NCBI GenBank assembly: GCA_963701295.1
Contig: OY969585.1
Coordinates: 32,001 to 96,000 of the forward strand
Source: Ignavibacteriota bacterium
Lineage (GTDB): Bacteria > Bacteroidota > Ignavibacteria > UBA10030
Length of the DNA stretch: 64,000 bases
Reading direction: 5' to 3'
The position numbers were made by a program, and so were the translations under genes. Numbering within the stretch: position 1 is the stretch's first letter; each line of letters begins with the position of its first letter. A model generated the notes under the pieces. The model did no database searches. It saw nothing but the letters and a program-made list of their open reading frames with translations, and was not told the origin of the DNA. Below, one piece after another: positions 60,316 through 64,000 of this stretch.

Positions 60316-61236
60316 TCATTGATGTTTCCGATTCATCGACGTAAGTTTGGCAAGAATTTGCAGAGAAAGTTGTTCACCGGAAAATTCTTCTTGTTCGAGC
60401 ACATCCGGCAGCAAGCCGGGTGTAAACCATCGATCCTCCAGTGCAATCGGCAGTACTTGTGCCATTGTCTGATATCTAACAAGGATCTCACTAAGAATAC
60501 TAAACAAGCCTCCGGTTAGAAAATGATCTTCAACTGTCACGAGCAACTGCGTTTCTCGAGCAGCTCTTATGATTGCGGACTCATCGATTGGCTGAAGACT
60601 GCGAAGATTGATAAGACGAACAGACACGCCCGACTTTTCGAGTTGCTCCCGAGCAATAAATGCTTGTTCCAATAAAAAACCATATGTCAATATTGCTACA
60701 TCGAAGCCATCGGTAATCGTCTCGGACACTCCAAATGCAAACGGTACAAAATGCTTGATCACTAATGGGCGAGCATTAAAACGGACATAGCAGGGATTTT
60801 TGCTTTGGACCACATGACTCAGTCCGTCGACAAGTTCGTCAGCATCAGCGGGACAGAATATCTGCATAGATGGAATCGAACGCATCAGTGCGATATCTTC
60901 AATCGCTTGATGAGTCGGACCATTGCCATCAGAAAGAAATCCTGGAACCGCCCCTATTAATTTTACAGGTAATTTTGGGATTCCAACATCTGTTCGGATA
61001 AATTCAAATGCGCGCATGGTAAGAAACGTTGCCAAGGCATGAACTATCGGAATTCTGCCGCGCAGTGCAAGACCTGCCGCCGCTCCGACCATCGTTTGTT
61101 CTGCAATGCCAAAATCCATAAACCGCTTCCCGAGCAACTGAGGAAGAGATCGAATGGCTGCGCGATTCTCAGCCGTAAGGATCATTAAATTGGAATTTTG
61201 TGCGCACAAATGTGCAAGCTTTTCTTCGTAGGTCAT
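60316..61236 (-). CDS. Split transketolase, pyrimidine-binding/C-terminal subunit
   Basis: GIAEQ, RAFEFIR, GPTHQAIED, EDH..GGL. Confidence 0.9.
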   Translation of the reverse strand: MTYEEKLAHLCAQNSNLMILTAENRAAIRSLPQLLGKRFMDFGIAEQTMVGAAAGLALRGRIPIVHALATFLTMRAFEFIRTDVGIPKLPVKLIGAVPGFLSDGNGPTHQAIEDIALMRSIPSMQIFCPADADELVDGLSHVVQSKNPCYVRFNARPLVIKHFVPFAFGVSETITDGFDVAILTYGFLLEQAFIAREQLEKSGVSVRLINLRSLQPIDESAIIRAARETQLLVTVEDHFLTGGLFSILSEILVRYQTMAQVLPIALEDRWFTPGLLPDVLEQEEFSGEQLSLQILAKLTSMNRKHQ

Positions 61237-61237
61237 C

Positions 61238-62095
61238 TTATCGAACCATAAGAATTTCAGAGGTGAGCACTGTAGGAATTGAGCTATGTAATTCTTGCAG
61301 AAGCATCTCTACTTCGTATTTCGAAAAGTTGGCGAACCATCGATCTGCGCGTTGTTCAATGCTGGGTAATCCTTTTCCGCGCACAGTGTTTGCAATAATC
61401 ACATTCGGTTTCCCGTGTTGAAACGGAACGTGGCAGAAAACATTTTCCATTTCATTGAAGTCGTGACCATCAATCCGTTTCCAGTTCCAGCCAAATGCCT
61501 CAAATTTTGCTCCAAGCGGTTCGAGTGGAATAAGTTCCTCTGTCCGGGTATTCGCTTGAAACTCGTTCCGATCCACGATAACGACAAGATTATCAAGTTT
61601 ATGAGCTGCCGCAGAGAGGCAGGCTTCCCAGATTGATCCTTCATTCAATTCTCCATCACCAAGAAGTACGAAAACACGATTGCGCCCGCCTTGCATCTTA
61701 ATATCATATGCAACACCGATCGCAACTGCGAATAAATGTCCCAATGAACCGGAATGAAATTCAACTGCCGGAATTGATCGATTCGGATGCCAATAGATTG
61801 AATCGAATATTTTCAAATGATTTTCTAAACGTTTCTTTGGGATGAAGTTTAATTCAGCAAGTGTTCCATACAACGCTGGAACATCATGACCCTTGGAAAG
61901 AAAAAAATAATCACGATCAGGATCATGAATCCGATCCGGGGTAATATCTAATACATCGGAATAGAGATAGACAATAAGGTCAGTACATGAAAGTGATGCA
62001 CCAATGAAACACCCGCCGCCAGTTGCCATCCGGATAATATGTTCCCGGACATGAACCGCACGGTTTTTCAGCACTTGGTGTTGGTCTTCGTTCAT
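61238..62095 (-). CDS. Split transketolase, N-terminal ThDP-binding subunit
   Basis: LSKGH, GSLGH, GDGELNEG..WEA..DRN, DGHD. Confidence 0.9.
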   Translation of the reverse strand: MNEDQHQVLKNRAVHVREHIIRMATGGGCFIGASLSCTDLIVYLYSDVLDITPDRIHDPDRDYFFLSKGHDVPALYGTLAELNFIPKKRLENHLKIFDSIYWHPNRSIPAVEFHSGSLGHLFAVAIGVAYDIKMQGGRNRVFVLLGDGELNEGSIWEACLSAAAHKLDNLVVIVDRNEFQANTRTEELIPLEPLGAKFEAFGWNWKRIDGHDFNEMENVFCHVPFQHGKPNVIIANTVRGKGLPSIEQRADRWFANFSKYEVEMLLQELHSSIPTVLTSEILMVR

Positions 62096-62096
62096 T

Positions 62097-62909
62097 TTAA
62101 ACGGTTTCTAATAATATTCTTGTTTCTTTCGAGGTCACTGTTTTCAATTCATTTAAATGATGGCGATACCAGTTGACGCCGGCATATTTTGCATTAAGAA
62201 GAGGCAGAATTGGCTCCTGCTTTAGCAATTCTATGATATCATAAAGTGAAAAGATCGGGTTATCCGATGTATACAGATGATCATATACTTTTTTAATGAA
62301 GATATAGTCCTCAGGATAATCGATCGTCCAACGATGAGACATCGAAAAATCTTTATCTGTTTCCCACCGTACATTTCCGATTCGGAATCGTTCAGGATGT
62401 TCCCAGATAAATGGTGTGGTATGCTCGCGTTCCAACGGCCGCGTGGCTTCTTTCCATGCAATTTCAAGAATATGGAATGGCATCACTTCGACATCGTTTC
62501 CGTCCGGATATGTTGCCGGATGAAGATTGCTAACGAAATCATACTGGCCAGTATGATCTTCATAGAACCTTACTACTTTGTCAATGATACGCGGATCTAT
62601 CAAAGGACAATCTGAAGGAATTTTTATAACAACATCGGCCTGTTCATGGAGAGCGGCCTGATAGTGCCGATCTAACAGGTCGGTAGGATGACCACTAAAG
62701 CAGGAAAGATTGAACTTCTGGCAGAGATCGCGAATTGCATCATCTTCCGGATTTGTCGTTGTAGCAACCAGGAGATCGCAATCAACTTTTGCTGCGGTTA
62801 CCCGTTGAATCATACGCAGAAGCAAGGGATTTCCCTTCAATGGCATCATTACTTTCCGTGGCAACCGCGAAGAACCAAGTCTCGCCTGGATAATAATGAG
62901 TTTCTTCAA
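62097..62909 (-). CDS. SpsF-like cytidylyltransferase
   Basis: IQARLGSSRLPRK, DCPLIDP, PDG.DVE, REHTT, RWTIDYPED. Confidence 0.88.
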   Translation of the reverse strand: MKKLIIIQARLGSSRLPRKVMMPLKGNPLLLRMIQRVTAAKVDCDLLVATTTNPEDDAIRDLCQKFNLSCFSGHPTDLLDRHYQAALHEQADVVIKIPSDCPLIDPRIIDKVVRFYEDHTGQYDFVSNLHPATYPDGNDVEVMPFHILEIAWKEATRPLEREHTTPFIWEHPERFRIGNVRWETDKDFSMSHRWTIDYPEDYIFIKKVYDHLYTSDNPIFSLYDIIELLKQEPILPLLNAKYAGVNWYRHHLNELKTVTSKETRILLETV

Positions 62910-63904
62910 GACGCTAACTCCAGAGATAATTCAGGAACATTTATCTCTTCTTCCTCCAGAAGCCGACAACACACTCGTGAAATATTTTTTGCTGCCGAGG
63001 CATGCTGCAGTGGTAACAACCTGCGCAGCATCTCAATGTCAAAATACGAGTACACTTCTTTTCCCAGAGCAATGCCCACATATACAACGCTAGAATACTG
63101 TGTGATCAACACATCGCAGTTTGCGATCATTTCTTCAGTTTTCCCGTCTGCAATCACCAAAGCGCCGGGTGCATATGTTTGAATTTCTTTGGTCGCGCGT
63201 ACAATATTTTCATTGGGATGGAGTTTAAAGATCAATTGTCTATCGCTGGCAAACTCAAACACCTGTCGTATAAACTTCTTTCTATTTTCGATCTTGAATG
63301 TTTCGCGTGAATCCGAAGTGCATACAAGGATGTATCCATGAAATGGAAATGTGTTGTCATAATACTTTTTGCAATTATCAAAGTTCGGAATTCCTGTCAC
63401 AATGATTTTTCCCGGCTTTACGCCTTTCCGGATAAACAAATCACGATATCCATCGCTCGCAACACAAAACACATCGTAGAGATCGCTCAACCCGTTTGCG
63501 GAACTGCTGGCAATCCAATGGGGCAGGAAAGGAAACCGTTGAACCATACGGAACATAAAATTCTCAGGATCGGTCATTCCTTCTTGCACAAGAATAACTT
63601 TTCCATTAAAAATATTTCTTGGCACAATCAAATCGGTCGTAATCATTGTTAAATCATAATCTGCTGCTTTACCGCCGTAGTCTTCCTCTAGATGGTGATC
63701 ATGGATGTACACCTTTATCCGTTCGACCCAGAAACGTCCGGGAGTGGTGAAGTCCAACCAGCCCAATTTCTGAACAACACGTAATACTCCATCGCAATAC
63801 TGGGGGGAAAAAAAGTGATCGCATTCGGGAAGTTCATTTGCAATCTGGTGCAGTTGAGTAATTTGATTCAATGTTCCTCCGATATGCAGAATCTTTCTTC
63901 TCAT
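62906..63904 (-). CDS. Uncharacterised GT-B-like protein (candidate ulosonyl transferase)
   Basis: VQEG, VTGIPNFD, FKLHPNE, DVLITQYSSV resemble GT-B sialyl/glycerophosphate transferase motifs. Confidence 0.6.
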   Translation of the reverse strand: MRRKILHIGGTLNQITQLHQIANELPECDHFFSPQYCDGVLRVVQKLGWLDFTTPGRFWVERIKVYIHDHHLEEDYGGKAADYDLTMITTDLIVPRNIFNGKVILVQEGMTDPENFMFRMVQRFPFLPHWIASSSANGLSDLYDVFCVASDGYRDLFIRKGVKPGKIIVTGIPNFDNCKKYYDNTFPFHGYILVCTSDSRETFKIENRKKFIRQVFEFASDRQLIFKLHPNENIVRATKEIQTYAPGALVIADGKTEEMIANCDVLITQYSSVVYVGIALGKEVYSYFDIEMLRRLLPLQHASAAKNISRVCCRLLEEEEINVPELSLELAS

Positions 63905-63999
63905 AGACTCTCCTTTATAGTCTTATAAGAAAGTGATGTACGTTTCCAAATCGATCCTACTCCTTGACCCAAGAGGACGAGATAACCGATTGTGATACA
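63901..63999 (-). CDS. 3' end of an upstream gene (partial, probably a membrane protein)
   Basis: Open frame CITIGYLVLLGQGVGSIWKRTSLSYKTIKESL* with ATGA overlap onto the next start. Confidence 0.45.
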   Translation of the reverse strand, partial: CITIGYLVLLGQGVGSIWKRTSLSYKTIKESL

Positions 64000-64000
64000 G

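Noticed and set aside
1-64000. CRISPR arrays, rRNA, IS elements, prophage genes and the many antisense ORFs in the track
   Set aside because: No repeat-spacer arrays or mobile-element genes were seen; antisense and nested ORFs lie within well-supported genes and lack motifs

Overview
Bacterial chromosome window, probably Ignavibacteria or a related FCB lineage. This is inferred from an NYPNPFNP-type C-terminal sorting domain, an MGQQQLLL pilin-like protein, canonical TTGACT-N17-TATATT promoters and Shine-Dalgarno sites. 1-8.7 kb is housekeeping: SDR, sdhCAB, ftsX, pheA, two lipoproteins, recR, ybaB and tRNA-Asn. 8.8-22 kb is an accessory stretch of secreted peptidases, a pilin-like gene, a GH-like protein, an FMN-barrel protein and gene remnants. 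About 22-56.4 kb looks like a large phosphate-starvation island. It holds one PhoR-like kinase, three PhoB-like regulators, candidate phosphorus-free lipid genes (GT4-metallophosphoesterase-HAD and an OlsF-like acyltransferase), a TonB receptor/beta-helix/purple acid phosphatase operon, and a sixA + twin thymidylate-kinase-like (PPK3-like) + ppx operon whose second kinase gene is broken at a CCC-TGA +1 frameshift. Eight promoters in the island share one architecture readable from the DNA: four 11-bp-spaced repeat units, 5 bp, then a -10 hexamer. 56.5-64 kb is a non-canonical ulosonic-acid (NeuB) operon with a split transketolase and a class III aminotransferase. No CRISPR array, rRNA, integrase or transposase was seen. 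All product calls come from motif recognition by eye, with no database searches.
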